Below, piece after piece: positions 1 to 9,213 of a stretch of 64,000 nucleotides of DNA (positions are counted from its first letter, which is position 1; each line of letters starts with the position of its first letter). The stretch lies in the NCBI GenBank assembly GCA_963600825.1, contig CAVCCW010000001.1:4841-68840 (forward strand). Direction: 5' to 3'. The stretch is from Bacteroidaceae bacterium. GTDB taxonomy: Bacteria; Bacillota; Clostridia; Oscillospirales; Acutalibacteraceae. The notes below the pieces were generated by a model that saw nothing but the letters and a program-made list of their open reading frames with translations, made no database searches and had not been told where the DNA came from. The translations under genes were made by a program, and so were the position numbers.

Positions 1-852
1 GAAAAGCTGAAATACTGGGGCCCGGTAGACTGGTACAACGGCGGTATGGAACACGTTACCCGCCACATGATTTATTCCCGATTCTGGCACCGTTTCCTGT
101 ATGATATCGGCGAGGTACCATTCAAGGAACCGTACGCAAAGCGGACTGCACAGGGTCTGATTCTGGGACCGGACGGAGACAAGATGTCCAAGTCCAAGGG
201 CAACGTTATTGACCCATTGGATGTAGTAAATGAATATGGCGCAGATGTTCTGCGGACCTATGTTCTCTTCATGGGTGACTATGAAAAGGCTGCTCCGTGG
301 TCGGAAGCTTCCGTTAAAGGATGCAAGCGCTTTATTGACCGTACCTGGGCTCTGCAGGACATCCTGGTAGACGGAGATGACTATTCCAAAGAACTTTCCG
401 CTTCTTTCCACAAGGCAATCAAGAAGGTTTCGGAAGACATTGAAAACATGAAGTTCAATACCGCTATTGCAACGCTGATGGCTTTGCTGAATCAGATTTC
501 CGACAATGGCAAGTTGAACAAAGCAGAATACAAGACCTTCCTGCTGCTCTTGAACCCGTTTGCTCCGCACGTAACCGAAGAAGCCTGGGAAGCCCAGAAC
601 TTTGGCGGCATGATGGCTACGGCAGAATGGCCGACCTATGATGAAGCCAAGTGCGTAGAAGACGAAGTAGAAATTGCTGTACAGGTAACCGGTAAAATTA
701 AAGCCCGCATTATGGTGCCGGCAGACATTACCGCGGAAGATGCCATTGCTGCCGCTAAGGCAGAAGGTAAGGTGGCTGCCGCACTGGAAGGCAAGACCAT
801 TGTGAAAGAATTGTATGTTAAGGGCCGTTTGGTTAATATTGTTGCCAAATAA
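1..852 (+). CDS. leuS: leucyl-tRNA synthetase, C-terminal part (5' end lies outside the window)
   Basis: Frame 1 is open from base 1 (..VDWYNGGMEH..). Class-I KMSKS loop (DKMSKSKGNVIDP) and LeuRS C-terminal domain. Stop at 850-852. Confidence 0.92.
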   Translation, partial: EKLKYWGPVDWYNGGMEHVTRHMIYSRFWHRFLYDIGEVPFKEPYAKRTAQGLILGPDGDKMSKSKGNVIDPLDVVNEYGADVLRTYVLFMGDYEKAAPWSEASVKGCKRFIDRTWALQDILVDGDDYSKELSASFHKAIKKVSEDIENMKFNTAIATLMALLNQISDNGKLNKAEYKTFLLLLNPFAPHVTEEAWEAQNFGGMMATAEWPTYDEAKCVEDEVEIAVQVTGKIKARIMVPADITAEDAIAAAKAEGKVAAALEGKTIVKELYVKGRLVNIVAK

Positions 853-863
853 GAGGAACTGCC

Positions 864-1949
864 ATGACGGAAGAATTAATGCAAGTAGTTGACTCTGTTT
901 CAGAGTATGTTACAACGCATCTTTCCTTTATTTTGCTGGGACTTCTCCTGTGGGGGCTTTGCGTAGCCTTCCGCGGGAAAGTGTCCAAATTCGTTTCCAA
1001 CTTATTGAAAAAGGCCACCCTGCGCTGGCCGGTGATGTCAGAAGGCTTAAGTGAATCCGTAAAAAGCCCCATTCGCGTTTATCTACCGGTGTTCGGACTC
1101 TATCTTTTCCTGGTGGTAATCAATCCGGGAAATACGCTGTCCTGGGCAGCAGATTTTTCCACTAAGCTCATCCGGATTTCCAACATTGTGTTGGTTACCT
1201 GGATTGCCATGAATCTGTCCCCGTATCTGACGTCTTTGTTAATTAAGACGTCGGAGGAGCACCATCAAACCAGCGCGGTAGCCATTAAATTTACCGCTAA
1301 TGTGCTGAAGATTATTATTGTCAGCCTGTCTTTGGTTATTATTATCAGTGAACTTGGCTACAACATTAACGGAATTATTACCGGTCTTGGAATCGGCGGC
1401 CTGACCATGTCCCTGGCGGCCAAGAATACGGCTTCCAACCTGTTTGCCGGCTTTGAGATTGTGGCCGATAAACCATTTGAAATCGGGGACTATATTGAAA
1501 CGCCATCCTGCAAGGGCACCGTGGAAGACATGACCATGCGTTCCACCCGGATCCGTACCACCGGCGATTTACTGGTTGTCATTCCCAACTCCACCTTAAT
1601 GACCGAAGCCATCACCAATTATTCCAAGATGGGGAAGCGTCTGGTGAATGAAAGTATTGGTCTGACCTATGACACGACCAATGAAACCATAGAAAAAATT
1701 GTAACGGAAATTCGGGAGATGCTTTCCAAGCACGAAGCCGTAGACAATGAACGGATTGCCGTCAGCTTTTCCACGTTCGGAGACAGCAGTCTGAATATTG
1801 AATATTTGTACTTCACAACCTTTACGGATAAGGATGAACATATGCTGATTAAACAGGATGTAAACCTGAAAATCCGTGCAATTGTGGAAAAAAACGGCGC
1901 TTCGTTTGCCTTCCCCAGCACCAGTGTTTATCTGGAGAATGCGAATTGA
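864..1949 (+). CDS. MscS-family mechanosensitive ion channel
   Basis: 361 aa with N-terminal TM helices followed by the MscS pore/beta-domain signature (GLGIGGLTMSLAAKNTASNLFAGFEIVADKPFEIGDYI..G.VEDMTMRSTRIRT). Confidence 0.8.
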   Translation: MTEELMQVVDSVSEYVTTHLSFILLGLLLWGLCVAFRGKVSKFVSNLLKKATLRWPVMSEGLSESVKSPIRVYLPVFGLYLFLVVINPGNTLSWAADFSTKLIRISNIVLVTWIAMNLSPYLTSLLIKTSEEHHQTSAVAIKFTANVLKIIIVSLSLVIIISELGYNINGIITGLGIGGLTMSLAAKNTASNLFAGFEIVADKPFEIGDYIETPSCKGTVEDMTMRSTRIRTTGDLLVVIPNSTLMTEAITNYSKMGKRLVNESIGLTYDTTNETIEKIVTEIREMLSKHEAVDNERIAVSFSTFGDSSLNIEYLYFTTFTDKDEHMLIKQDVNLKIRAIVEKNGASFAFPSTSVYLENAN

Positions 1950-2042
1950 CATCCCCTTAAGCAGGCTGTATAATAAGCCATGTTCGTATGACGAACCATG
2001 TTTGATATTTAACCCTGCTAAATTGGAAGGAGGGACAACATA

Positions 2043-2219
2043 ATGAGCCAGGTAAAAGTTCGCGAAGGCGAATCCATTGATGCTGCTCTCAGACGTTTTA
2101 AGAGACAGACTTCTCGTGACGGTATTATCCAAGAAGTACGGAAGAGAGAACACTACGAAAAGCCGTCTGTTCAGAAAAAGAAGAAACAGGAAGCTGCTCG
2201 CAAGCGCAAATACAAATAA
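2043..2219 (+). CDS. rpsU: 30S ribosomal protein S21
   Basis: 58-aa ORF below the track cutoff, read by hand: [67 protein letters not shown] upstream. Confidence 0.9.
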   Translation: MSQVKVREGESIDAALRRFKRQTSRDGIIQEVRKREHYEKPSVQKKKKQEAARKRKYK

Positions 2220-2232
2220 GTCTTTGAAACGG

Positions 2233-2266
2233 CCGGTTGGGAACTTCCTCAGCCGGTTTTGTTTTT
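2233..2266 (+). terminator. intrinsic terminator after rpsU
   Basis: 9-bp stem CCGGTTGGG/CCTCAGCCGG-type hairpin (2233-2256) followed by TTTTGTTTTT. Confidence 0.7.
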
Positions 2267-2279
2267 GAAGGAGGGGCCT

Positions 2280-2816
2280 ATGAAAAAGGTACTTCGTACA
2301 GCCATGAAACGCCGCACCATGATGGATGTCAGCGTGGAAGATTTGCAAAAGTTGCAGACCAAGGTCATTGCTATAGATGCCGACAATACGGCTTGCTTTG
2401 ACGGTACCCATACGCCTTTGCCGGGGGCAGAGGATTGGATCCGGTCTATGAAACAAGCCGGGTATCGCCTGGTTATTGTTTCCAATGCCTGGGCCAGTCG
2501 CTCCGGAGACCTTGGAAACCGTTTTGGTATTCCAACCATTGGAACGGCATTAAAGCCATTTCCGTTTGGCTTTTGGCGTGCCTGTTTAAAAATGAGGGTT
2601 TTGCCCAAGCATATGACCATGATTGGGGACCAGGTATTGACGGATACCATTGGAGCCAATCTGGCGGGTGTCAATATGGTCTATGTCTTCCCTTATGAAA
2701 TGGAAAAACGTGCGCCCAAGGCGTTTGGCTTTAAGCGCAATTTAGAAGAACTTATTTTCACTGTTCAGGACTTCCTGGACGACCTTAGAACAAATCGCCC
2801 GACAGGAAAGGAGTAG
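2280..2816 (+). CDS. YqeG-family HAD-IIIA phosphatase
   Basis: DxDNT motif (AIDADNTA), VSN motif (IVSNA) and GDQVLTD motif, matching the B. subtilis YqeG layout. Start chosen at the ATG behind the AGGAGG RBS; the track ORF starts at 2259. Confidence 0.8.
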   Translation: MKKVLRTAMKRRTMMDVSVEDLQKLQTKVIAIDADNTACFDGTHTPLPGAEDWIRSMKQAGYRLVIVSNAWASRSGDLGNRFGIPTIGTALKPFPFGFWRACLKMRVLPKHMTMIGDQVLTDTIGANLAGVNMVYVFPYEMEKRAPKAFGFKRNLEELIFTVQDFLDDLRTNRPTGKE

Positions 2817-2819
2817 GTT

Positions 2820-3881
2820 ATGAATCTGCCTGCATTACAAAAAAAGCTGCAGCCAAACCAGGCCACGCTAATTCTTTCGGAAGAAAATCGCCGTTATTTT
2901 ACGGAATTTTACACCTCTGATGGATATCTGATTGTCACCGCGAAGGGCTCCCTTTTCCTGACGGACAGTCGTTACATTGAAGATGCCAGGTTCCGGGTTA
3001 CCTCCTGCGCCGTTGCACTGCAGACAGATGCCCACGAACAGATTGACGCATTCCTGCGTGCCAAGGGCTGCACTGAAATTTTGGTGGAAGCCTCCCGGAT
3101 GACCATGGCAGACGCAAACAGCTTCCGGGAAAAACATCCGCATCTGATTTGGAACACGTCCGGCACTTTGGATACCTATATTCAGGATTTTCGTTCCCGG
3201 AAAGAAGTAGAGGAACTGATCCTGATGACCAAGGCGCAGGAAATTGCCGAAAAGTCTTTCCTGGAAACCCTGGAGTATGTAAAGGAAGGCGTTTTGGAAC
3301 GGGAATTGGCTGCTGAGCTGGAATACCGTATGCGCTTGAACGGTGCCGATGGCGTTGCCTTTGACACCATTGTTGTCAGCGGCGAAAACAGTTCTAAGCC
3401 ACATGGCGTGCCAGGCATGCGGGCGCTGCTCCGCGGAGATTTCATCACCTTTGACTTCGGCGCTTTATATCAGGGCTACCGCAGTGACACCACCAGAACT
3501 GTTGCGCTTGGAAAACCGTCGGATGAAATGCGCTTGGTTTACAACACTGTGCGTAAGGCTCAAGAAACTGCAGCGGAAGCGCTGCAGGCCGGTATGACGG
3601 CACGAGCATATGACAAGGTAGCCAGAGACATTATTACCGAAGCCGGTTTCGGCCCATACTTCGGTCATAGCCTGGGCCATGGCGTCGGCATTGAAATTCA
3701 CGAAGAACCCTTCTGCGGTCCGCGTTCCGAACCGGTTTTGCAGGCACGGAATGTGGTTACCTGTGAACCGGGCATTTATCTTCCGGGAAAATTCGGTGTT
3801 CGGATTGAAGACATGCTGATGGTAACGGAAGAAGGATCGCAGAATTTCTGCAAATTAACCAAAGACCTGCTTGTTTTATAA
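2820..3881 (+). CDS. Xaa-Pro aminopeptidase, M24 family (YqhT/PepP-like)
   Basis: Creatinase-like N-domain plus M24 metal ligands (DFG..Y.GY.SD, HGVGIEIHE, EPG.Y, IED). Conserved position directly upstream of efp. Confidence 0.85.
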   Translation: MNLPALQKKLQPNQATLILSEENRRYFTEFYTSDGYLIVTAKGSLFLTDSRYIEDARFRVTSCAVALQTDAHEQIDAFLRAKGCTEILVEASRMTMADANSFREKHPHLIWNTSGTLDTYIQDFRSRKEVEELILMTKAQEIAEKSFLETLEYVKEGVLERELAAELEYRMRLNGADGVAFDTIVVSGENSSKPHGVPGMRALLRGDFITFDFGALYQGYRSDTTRTVALGKPSDEMRLVYNTVRKAQETAAEALQAGMTARAYDKVARDIITEAGFGPYFGHSLGHGVGIEIHEEPFCGPRSEPVLQARNVVTCEPGIYLPGKFGVRIEDMLMVTEEGSQNFCKLTKDLLVL

Positions 3882-3961
3882 GGCACCATGCCTTGAAAAA
3901 ACCAGGGGTATAGGATACAATAAGTACGAATAAAAGCAATTTAGTACATGGAGGTACACCT

Positions 3962-4519
3962 ATGATTTCTGCTGGTGATTTTAGAAACGGCGTAACCTTT
4001 GAAGAAGACGGACAAGTCCTTCAGGTTGTAGAGTTTCAGCACGTAAAACCTGGTAAGGGTGCAGCATTTGTTAGAACCAAGACCAAAAACGTAATTACCG
4101 GTTCCGTTGTAGAAAAGTCCTACAACCCAACCGCTAAATTCCCGACCGCTTTCATTGAAAGAAGAGAAATGGATTACTCCTACAATGACGGGGACCTGTA
4201 TTATTTCATGGACAATGAAACCTATGAAATGGAACCGGTTAGCGCAGGAGACCTGCCGGACAACTTCAAGTTTGTAAAGGAAAACATGACTTGTAAAATC
4301 CTTTCCTACAAGGGCAAGGTATTTGGTGTAGAACCGCCAAACTTTGTAGAACTGACCGTAACCGAAACCGAACCGGGCTTTGCAGGCAACACGGCAACCA
4401 ATGCCACCAAGCCGGCAACCCTGGAAACCGGTGCCGAAGTCAGAGTGCCGCTCTTCATTAACGAAGGGGAAACCATTCAGATTGATACCCGTACCGGAGA
4501 GTACATGGGCCGTGCATAA
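3962..4519 (+). CDS. efp: elongation factor P
   Basis: 185 aa with a typical EF-P sequence (..[21 protein letters not shown]..). Confidence 0.95.
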   Translation: MISAGDFRNGVTFEEDGQVLQVVEFQHVKPGKGAAFVRTKTKNVITGSVVEKSYNPTAKFPTAFIERREMDYSYNDGDLYYFMDNETYEMEPVSAGDLPDNFKFVKENMTCKILSYKGKVFGVEPPNFVELTVTETEPGFAGNTATNATKPATLETGAEVRVPLFINEGETIQIDTRTGEYMGRA

Positions 4520-4538
4520 TAAAGAAGGAGATCCTGTT

Positions 4539-5003
4539 ATGGCGCTGTCTGAAAAAGTAGCCTACCTGGCTGGATTAAAAGAGGGCTTAAATCTGGATGA
4601 AACGCGTCCGGAAACCAAGCTGTTTCATGCCGTGGTAGACGTGTTAACGGATACCGCGCTGACTTTGGACGGCATGGAATCCACCATGAATGATTTGTTT
4701 GCCCAGTTGCGGGAAGCAGATGCTGCTAAGGTCTCGGCTGCAGAGCCAAAGCCAAAAGTGGAAGAGTTGCCAGCTGCAAAGGCAGAGCCAGACAAACCGG
4801 CCAAAACGGACGGACAGGTCAAAGTGGCTGTAACAGAAGATCAGGCAGAAGAAAAACCCTTCTTAGACGAAGAACTGTTTGAAGTAGAATGCCCTAACTG
4901 CGGCTTGCTGATGTATTTAGATCAGGAAGCTTTGGCAGAAGGCGGCATTGCCTGCCCGAAATGCAACAAAAATCTGGAGTTTGAAATAGAAACAGACGAC
5001 TAA
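4539..5003 (+). CDS. conserved clostridial zinc-ribbon protein (CD1247 N-terminal-domain-like)
   Basis: 154 aa from the ATG behind a GAAGGAG RBS. Acidic, low-complexity middle and a C-terminal CPNC..17..CPKC zinc ribbon. The track ORF from 4380 overlaps efp and was trimmed. Confidence 0.6.
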   Translation: MALSEKVAYLAGLKEGLNLDETRPETKLFHAVVDVLTDTALTLDGMESTMNDLFAQLREADAAKVSAAEPKPKVEELPAAKAEPDKPAKTDGQVKVAVTEDQAEEKPFLDEELFEVECPNCGLLMYLDQEALAEGGIACPKCNKNLEFEIETDD

Positions 5004-5010
5004 GAAAACA

Positions 5011-5049
5011 AAAGAGGGGTATTGACGGGTTCGTCAATACCCCTCTTTT
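5011..5049 (+). terminator. intrinsic terminator
   Basis: 17-bp perfect stem AAAGAGGGGTATTGACG/CGTCAATACCCCTCTTT, GGTT loop and a T-run. Confidence 0.8.
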
Positions 5050-5074
5050 AAAGTAAAGGAAAAGATGACACGGT

Positions 5075-5671
5075 ATGATGAACTTCAAAGAATCGGATCT
5101 TTTAGAAAAAACCATTCGAAAAATTTACGTGTTTAAGGGGCGTATTATCAACGTCAGAAATGATGATGCCCAGCTGTCCAACGGAAAAATTGTCAGTCGG
5201 GAAGTAGTGGAACACCGTGGTGGGGTCGGCATTCTGCCGATTACCGCACAAGGAGAAGTACTGCTGGTAAAGCAGTATCGGTATCCATACGAAGAGCTCC
5301 TACTGGAAATTCCCGCCGGCAAACTGGAACCGGGGGAAACCCCCTTTGAAACCGGGGTGCGGGAATTACAGGAAGAAACCGGCATGAATGCAGCACGGTA
5401 TTTTGATTTGGGCATTGACTATCCAAGCCCCGGTTATTGTAATGAAAAGATCCACCTGTATGCCGCCGACGGATTAACGGAAATTGGCCAGCGTCTGGAT
5501 GAAGGAGAATTTCTAAATGTGCTGTCCGTTCCGCTGACAGAAGCCTTAACCATGATTTATAACGGGGAGTTGAAGGACTCTAAAACCGTCATTGCCCTGA
5601 TGAAATACCATGAAATGCAGCAACTTGGAAAGTTACAGCCAATGGCAATAGAAACGGAGGCGGCAGAATGA
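5075..5671 (+). CDS. NUDIX hydrolase (ADP-ribose pyrophosphatase-like)
   Basis: Nudix box GKLEPGETPFETGVRELQEETG; NudF-like length and layout. Confidence 0.8.
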   Translation: MMNFKESDLLEKTIRKIYVFKGRIINVRNDDAQLSNGKIVSREVVEHRGGVGILPITAQGEVLLVKQYRYPYEELLLEIPAGKLEPGETPFETGVRELQEETGMNAARYFDLGIDYPSPGYCNEKIHLYAADGLTEIGQRLDEGEFLNVLSVPLTEALTMIYNGELKDSKTVIALMKYHEMQQLGKLQPMAIETEAAE

Positions 5672-6243
5672 AGCTGATTTTGGCCTCCGGTTCCCCGCGC
5701 CGGCGGGACATCCTGTTGGAGCAGGGCCTTTCCTTTACCGTTTTTACGGCTGATTTTGATGAACATTCGGTCAGCCTTGCAAATCCTGAGCAAGGTGTAC
5801 AGCAGTTGGCACTGGGCAAGGCAAAAGCGGCCATGGAAAAGTGGCGCAACGAAGGGCGCCCGTTAACAGAAGACAGCGTTTTCCTGGGAGCGGATACCAT
5901 TGTAGTGCTGGACGGGGTTCCCATGGGGAAACCGGCCGACAAAGCAGACGCTTTTGCCACCCTGAAACGGCTCTCCGGAAAGGCCCATCAGGTTTACACA
6001 GGTGTGGCCTTGTGCAGCCCGGAGCAGGCAGAGTGCTTTGCGGTTAAAACTGACGTCTACTTTAAACCACTTTCGGATGAAACCATTCAGGCCTATATTG
6101 CCACCGGAGAACCCATGGACAAAGCCGGCTCCTACGGCATCCAGGGACGCGGTGGTGAACTGGTGGAAAAGATAGACGGAGACTACTTAAATGTGGTTGG
6201 CTTACCCGCCAAAGAAGTGCTGAATCGCTTACAAAAATTGTAA
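5668..6243 (+). CDS. maf: Maf-like nucleoside triphosphate pyrophosphatase / septum formation protein
   Basis: MKLILASGSPRRRDIL.. N-terminus and GAD..V.. motifs. 4-nt overlap with the upstream gene. Conserved position before mreB. Confidence 0.9.
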   Translation: MKLILASGSPRRRDILLEQGLSFTVFTADFDEHSVSLANPEQGVQQLALGKAKAAMEKWRNEGRPLTEDSVFLGADTIVVLDGVPMGKPADKADAFATLKRLSGKAHQVYTGVALCSPEQAECFAVKTDVYFKPLSDETIQAYIATGEPMDKAGSYGIQGRGGELVEKIDGDYLNVVGLPAKEVLNRLQKL

Positions 6244-6254
6244 TGATTTTCTTG

Positions 6255-6283
6255 TTGTACACCGGTTTACGGTGGTTTATAAT
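6255..6283 (+). promoter_or_regulatory. candidate sigma-A promoter for mreB
   Basis: TTGTAC, 17-nt spacer, TATAAT, about 70 nt upstream of mreB. Confidence 0.45.
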
Positions 6284-6351
6284 AACTATACTATTAAAGA
6301 AGAACATGCCCCAGTGCGCATGATTGGCCCTTGAAAGGAGTCTAGTAAAAG

Positions 6352-7368
6352 ATGCTATTTACACAGGATATGGGGATTGACCTCGGTACCGCAAATACCC
6401 TTGTTTTTGTAAAGGGCAAAGGAATCGTTATCCGTGAACCTTCCGTTGTTGCCGTAGACGTTCGCTCCACCCCGAACCGGGTTGTAGCAGTTGGCTCGGA
6501 AGCCAAACAGATGATTGGTCGTACCCCTGGCTCCATTACCGCTGTTCGCCCGTTAAAGGACGGCGTTATTGCCGACTTTGATATTACCGCGGATATGTTA
6601 AAAGAATTTATCACCCGTGCCATGCAGGCCTCCCATCTGTCTAAGGCCAGAGTTATGATCTGCATTCCGTCCGGGGTTACTGAAGTAGAACGTAGAGCCG
6701 TTCATGACGCCGCAAGAAGCGCCGGCGCCAAGAGCGTCAGCCTGATTGAAGAACCAATGGCAGCGGCCATCGGCGCAGGTCTTCCGGTTGCAGAAGCCAC
6801 CGGCTCTATGATTGTAGATATCGGCGGCGGTACCGCAGAGGTTGCCGTTATCTCCCTTGGAGATATTGTTACTTCCTGCTCCGCCCGCGTAGCCGGAGAC
6901 AGCTTTGATGAAGCCATCGTCAACTACGTAAAGAAGAAATACAGCCTTCTGATTGGTGATCGCACCGCAGAAGACATCAAAATTAAAATTGGTTCTGCCT
7001 ATCCGTACGAAGGCGAAGGCGCCGTGGACGTAAAGGGCAGAAACTTAGTAGACGGTCTGCCGAAGAATATTGAAATTACTTCGGAAGAAGTGCGGGAAGC
7101 TCTTTCCGACAGCGTAAACCAGGTATTGGATGCCATCCGCTCCACGTTGGAAAAAACGCCGCCGGAACTGGCAGCAGATATCATTGACCAGGGCATCATG
7201 TTGTCCGGTGGTGGCGCATTGCTGCGTGGCCTGGATCGCCTGATTGCTGCAGAAACCAGAATGCCGGTTCATGTAGCCGATAATCCTCTGGACTGCGTTG
7301 TAGACGGCACCGGTATCTGTTTAGAAAATGACATGCTCAGCCTGACCGGCACAAAGAATTACGACTAA
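6352..7368 (+). CDS. mreB: rod shape-determining protein MreB
   Basis: Actin-fold motifs ([15 protein letters not shown]) over the full length, 338 aa. Confidence 0.95.
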   Translation: MLFTQDMGIDLGTANTLVFVKGKGIVIREPSVVAVDVRSTPNRVVAVGSEAKQMIGRTPGSITAVRPLKDGVIADFDITADMLKEFITRAMQASHLSKARVMICIPSGVTEVERRAVHDAARSAGAKSVSLIEEPMAAAIGAGLPVAEATGSMIVDIGGGTAEVAVISLGDIVTSCSARVAGDSFDEAIVNYVKKKYSLLIGDRTAEDIKIKIGSAYPYEGEGAVDVKGRNLVDGLPKNIEITSEEVREALSDSVNQVLDAIRSTLEKTPPELAADIIDQGIMLSGGGALLRGLDRLIAAETRMPVHVADNPLDCVVDGTGICLENDMLSLTGTKNYD

Positions 7369-7396
7369 GCGCAGGCTGTATCACTGAGGAGAACAG

Positions 7397-7426
7397 AAAA
7401 AGGGGCTTTGTATCAAAGCCCCTTTT
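7397..7426 (+). terminator. hairpin/attenuating terminator between mreB and mreC
   Basis: AAAAAGGGGCTTTG-TAT-CAAAGCCCCTTTT. Confidence 0.7.
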
Positions 7427-7459
7427 ACCACCTTTTAGGGAAAGAAGAGAGGATCCGGC

Positions 7460-8491
7460 GTGAAACGGTTTTTCAAAACACTTTGGTTTAAAATCCTGGC
7501 TGCTATTCTGGCAGTCCTGATTCTGTTTACCATAATTGCAGGGGTCTCCGCCCACCGGGGAAGCCCGCTTTCCTCTACCATTGGAATTGTAGCGGAACCA
7601 TTTGAAATTGTGGCCAGCGGGGTCAGTCGTGGAGCCAGTTATATTAAGCACCTGTTCACCCGCTCCACTACCTATGAAAAGCGGATTGAAGAACTGGAAA
7701 ATCAGGTAACGGAATACCAGAAAGATTTGGCAGATTATGAATCCGCCAAACAAAAACTGGAACAATATGAAGCCTTCCTGGGCATCCAGGAGGACCACAC
7801 AGATTATGAAGTTCTTTCTGCCAGCGTTATCGGCAAGGATTCGGCCAATAATTACACCACCTTTGTTTTGAATAAAGGCACGGCCAGCGGTGTTAAGGTC
7901 AATGACCCGGTTATTTACGGGGCCGGCCAGCTGGTTGGTGTTGTTACCAAGGTGGCACCCACATATTGCGTTATTTCCACTATTTTGGATCCTAATATCA
8001 GCATTTCGGTGTATGACATTCGAACCCGGGAATCCGGCTACATTACCAACACCACGGAGCTGGCCGCCCAAGGGCTGTGCAAGCTGTCCGGGCTGAACCG
8101 GGATACCGCCGTTACCAAAGGCGCCATCATCAACACGGCAGGCTCTGGCGGTATTTATCCACGGGACCTTGTCATCGGCACCGTAACCAATGTCCAAAAT
8201 GATGACTATAATCTTTCCGCGTTTGCCACCGTTAAGCCGAACATTACCATTGCTGATGTACAGGAAGTGTTAATCCTGACCGCCTTTGACGGACAGGGTA
8301 TCTCCGTTGCCACGGACAGCGGCGCGTCATCTTCGGATGCCACTTCGCCGGAAATTGAATCTTCGTCTTCCACTACTACAACTAGCAGTACCACTTCCAG
8401 AAGAAGACGTTCCTCCACGACTTCGTCGTCCTCTTCTACTTCCACAACGGAAAGCAACACGGCTTCAGCAGTAACCGTACCGGAACAGTAA
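7460..8491 (+). CDS. mreC: rod shape-determining protein MreC, with a Ser/Thr-rich C-terminal tail
   Basis: GTG start, N-terminal TM helix, coiled coil (EELENQV..EYQKDLADYE) and MreC beta-barrel repeats. Sits between mreB and mreD. Confidence 0.85.
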   Translation: MKRFFKTLWFKILAAILAVLILFTIIAGVSAHRGSPLSSTIGIVAEPFEIVASGVSRGASYIKHLFTRSTTYEKRIEELENQVTEYQKDLADYESAKQKLEQYEAFLGIQEDHTDYEVLSASVIGKDSANNYTTFVLNKGTASGVKVNDPVIYGAGQLVGVVTKVAPTYCVISTILDPNISISVYDIRTRESGYITNTTELAAQGLCKLSGLNRDTAVTKGAIINTAGSGGIYPRDLVIGTVTNVQNDDYNLSAFATVKPNITIADVQEVLILTAFDGQGISVATDSGASSSDATSPEIESSSSTTTTSSTTSRRRRSSTTSSSSSTSTTESNTASAVTVPEQ

Positions 8492-8558
8492 GATCTGATA
8501 AAGAAAAGGAAACTACAGCAACCGAAAGGTCTGCATCGCAAAAGAAAGGAGCGGGACA

Positions 8559-9155
8559 ATGAAAGTTCAAAACAAAACCATTCCCCTTGGGAAAAAGCCC
8601 CGACTCCGGTTAACGCGGGAACAGAAACGCCGGTTTTGGGTGCGCTTCTTTTACACCGGCATGATTTTGCTTTGCTCCCTATTGCAAAATACCGGTCATC
8701 TGATTCCTTCCGTTTTTGGCGCACATGCGTGGATTTTAGTGCCGCTGGTGGTTTGCATTTCCATGTTTGAACATAACCTGGAGGCCACTGTTTTTGCCGT
8801 TGTGGCAGGTGCACTGTGGGACGTTTACTCCGCCTGGGGTGACGGCTTCCACGCACTCATGATGTTTGTTATTTCCACTTCGGTGGCGTTGCTACTGAAT
8901 TATCTCATGCGAAACAACCTGGTTACCAGCCTTCTGCTGGGCCTGGTTGCCGTTGTTCTTTATGGCCTTGTCCACTGGCTGATTTTTGTGGTCATCCGTG
9001 GAACAGGGGGTGCGTTCCATTCGCTGGTTACGTTCTACCTGCCAACCATGTTATATACGTATCTTTTTACTCCCATTTTTTATATTCTTGTGCGAGCCAG
9101 TCTGGTTTCCATTCGCAACCGATATCCGAAACCGATTACTACGCGCAAACCGTAA
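8559..9155 (+). CDS. mreD: rod shape-determining protein MreD (polytopic membrane protein)
   Basis: 198-aa multi-TM protein in the canonical position after mreC. Its own sequence signature is weak. Confidence 0.65.
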   Translation: MKVQNKTIPLGKKPRLRLTREQKRRFWVRFFYTGMILLCSLLQNTGHLIPSVFGAHAWILVPLVVCISMFEHNLEATVFAVVAGALWDVYSAWGDGFHALMMFVISTSVALLLNYLMRNNLVTSLLLGLVAVVLYGLVHWLIFVVIRGTGGAFHSLVTFYLPTMLYTYLFTPIFYILVRASLVSIRNRYPKPITTRKP

Positions 9156-9213
9156 TTTACGGAATTTTTGCTAATCCCTTGCTTGCATTTCCAACAGAAA
9201 GGAGGAGTTCCCT

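Noticed and set aside
2077-2268. 63-aa plus-strand ORF overlapping rpsU in another frame.
   Set aside because: The S21 frame (2043-2219) gives a textbook S21 sequence. The alternative frame is Arg/Lys-rich nonsense that runs through the terminator.
1596-2456. 286-aa minus-strand ORF spanning the mscS 3' end, rpsU and the yqeG 5' end.
   Set aside because: It crosses three well-supported plus-strand genes and a terminator, and it has no motifs. It is an artefact of an open antisense frame.
4380-4538. N-terminal extensions offered by the ORF track (4380, 12149, 12649, 18626, 22652, 33294, 35952, 40228, 44568, 54104, 54749, 60769, 62430).
   Set aside because: In each case the extension overlaps the upstream gene or lacks an RBS. 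An internal ATG/GTG preceded by an AGGAGG-type RBS instead gives the canonical family N-terminus, so the starts were trimmed.
7337-8197. 286-aa minus-strand ORF antisense to mreC. Similar long antisense ORFs lie at 13411-14133, 19942-20763, 23360-24190, 37241-37840, 37943-38596, 40351-40917, 42996-43535 and 46745-47317.
   Set aside because: All lie opposite strongly supported conserved genes and lack RBS and motifs. Such long antisense frames can stay open by chance in the reading frames opposite well-conserved genes.
8206-8856. 216-aa minus-strand ORF with a striking VVEEDDEVVEERLLLEVVLLVVVVEDED tract.
   Set aside because: The acidic/Val repeat is simply the reverse complement of the Ser/Thr codon repeat in the MreC tail. 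The ORF also runs antisense through the mreD start.
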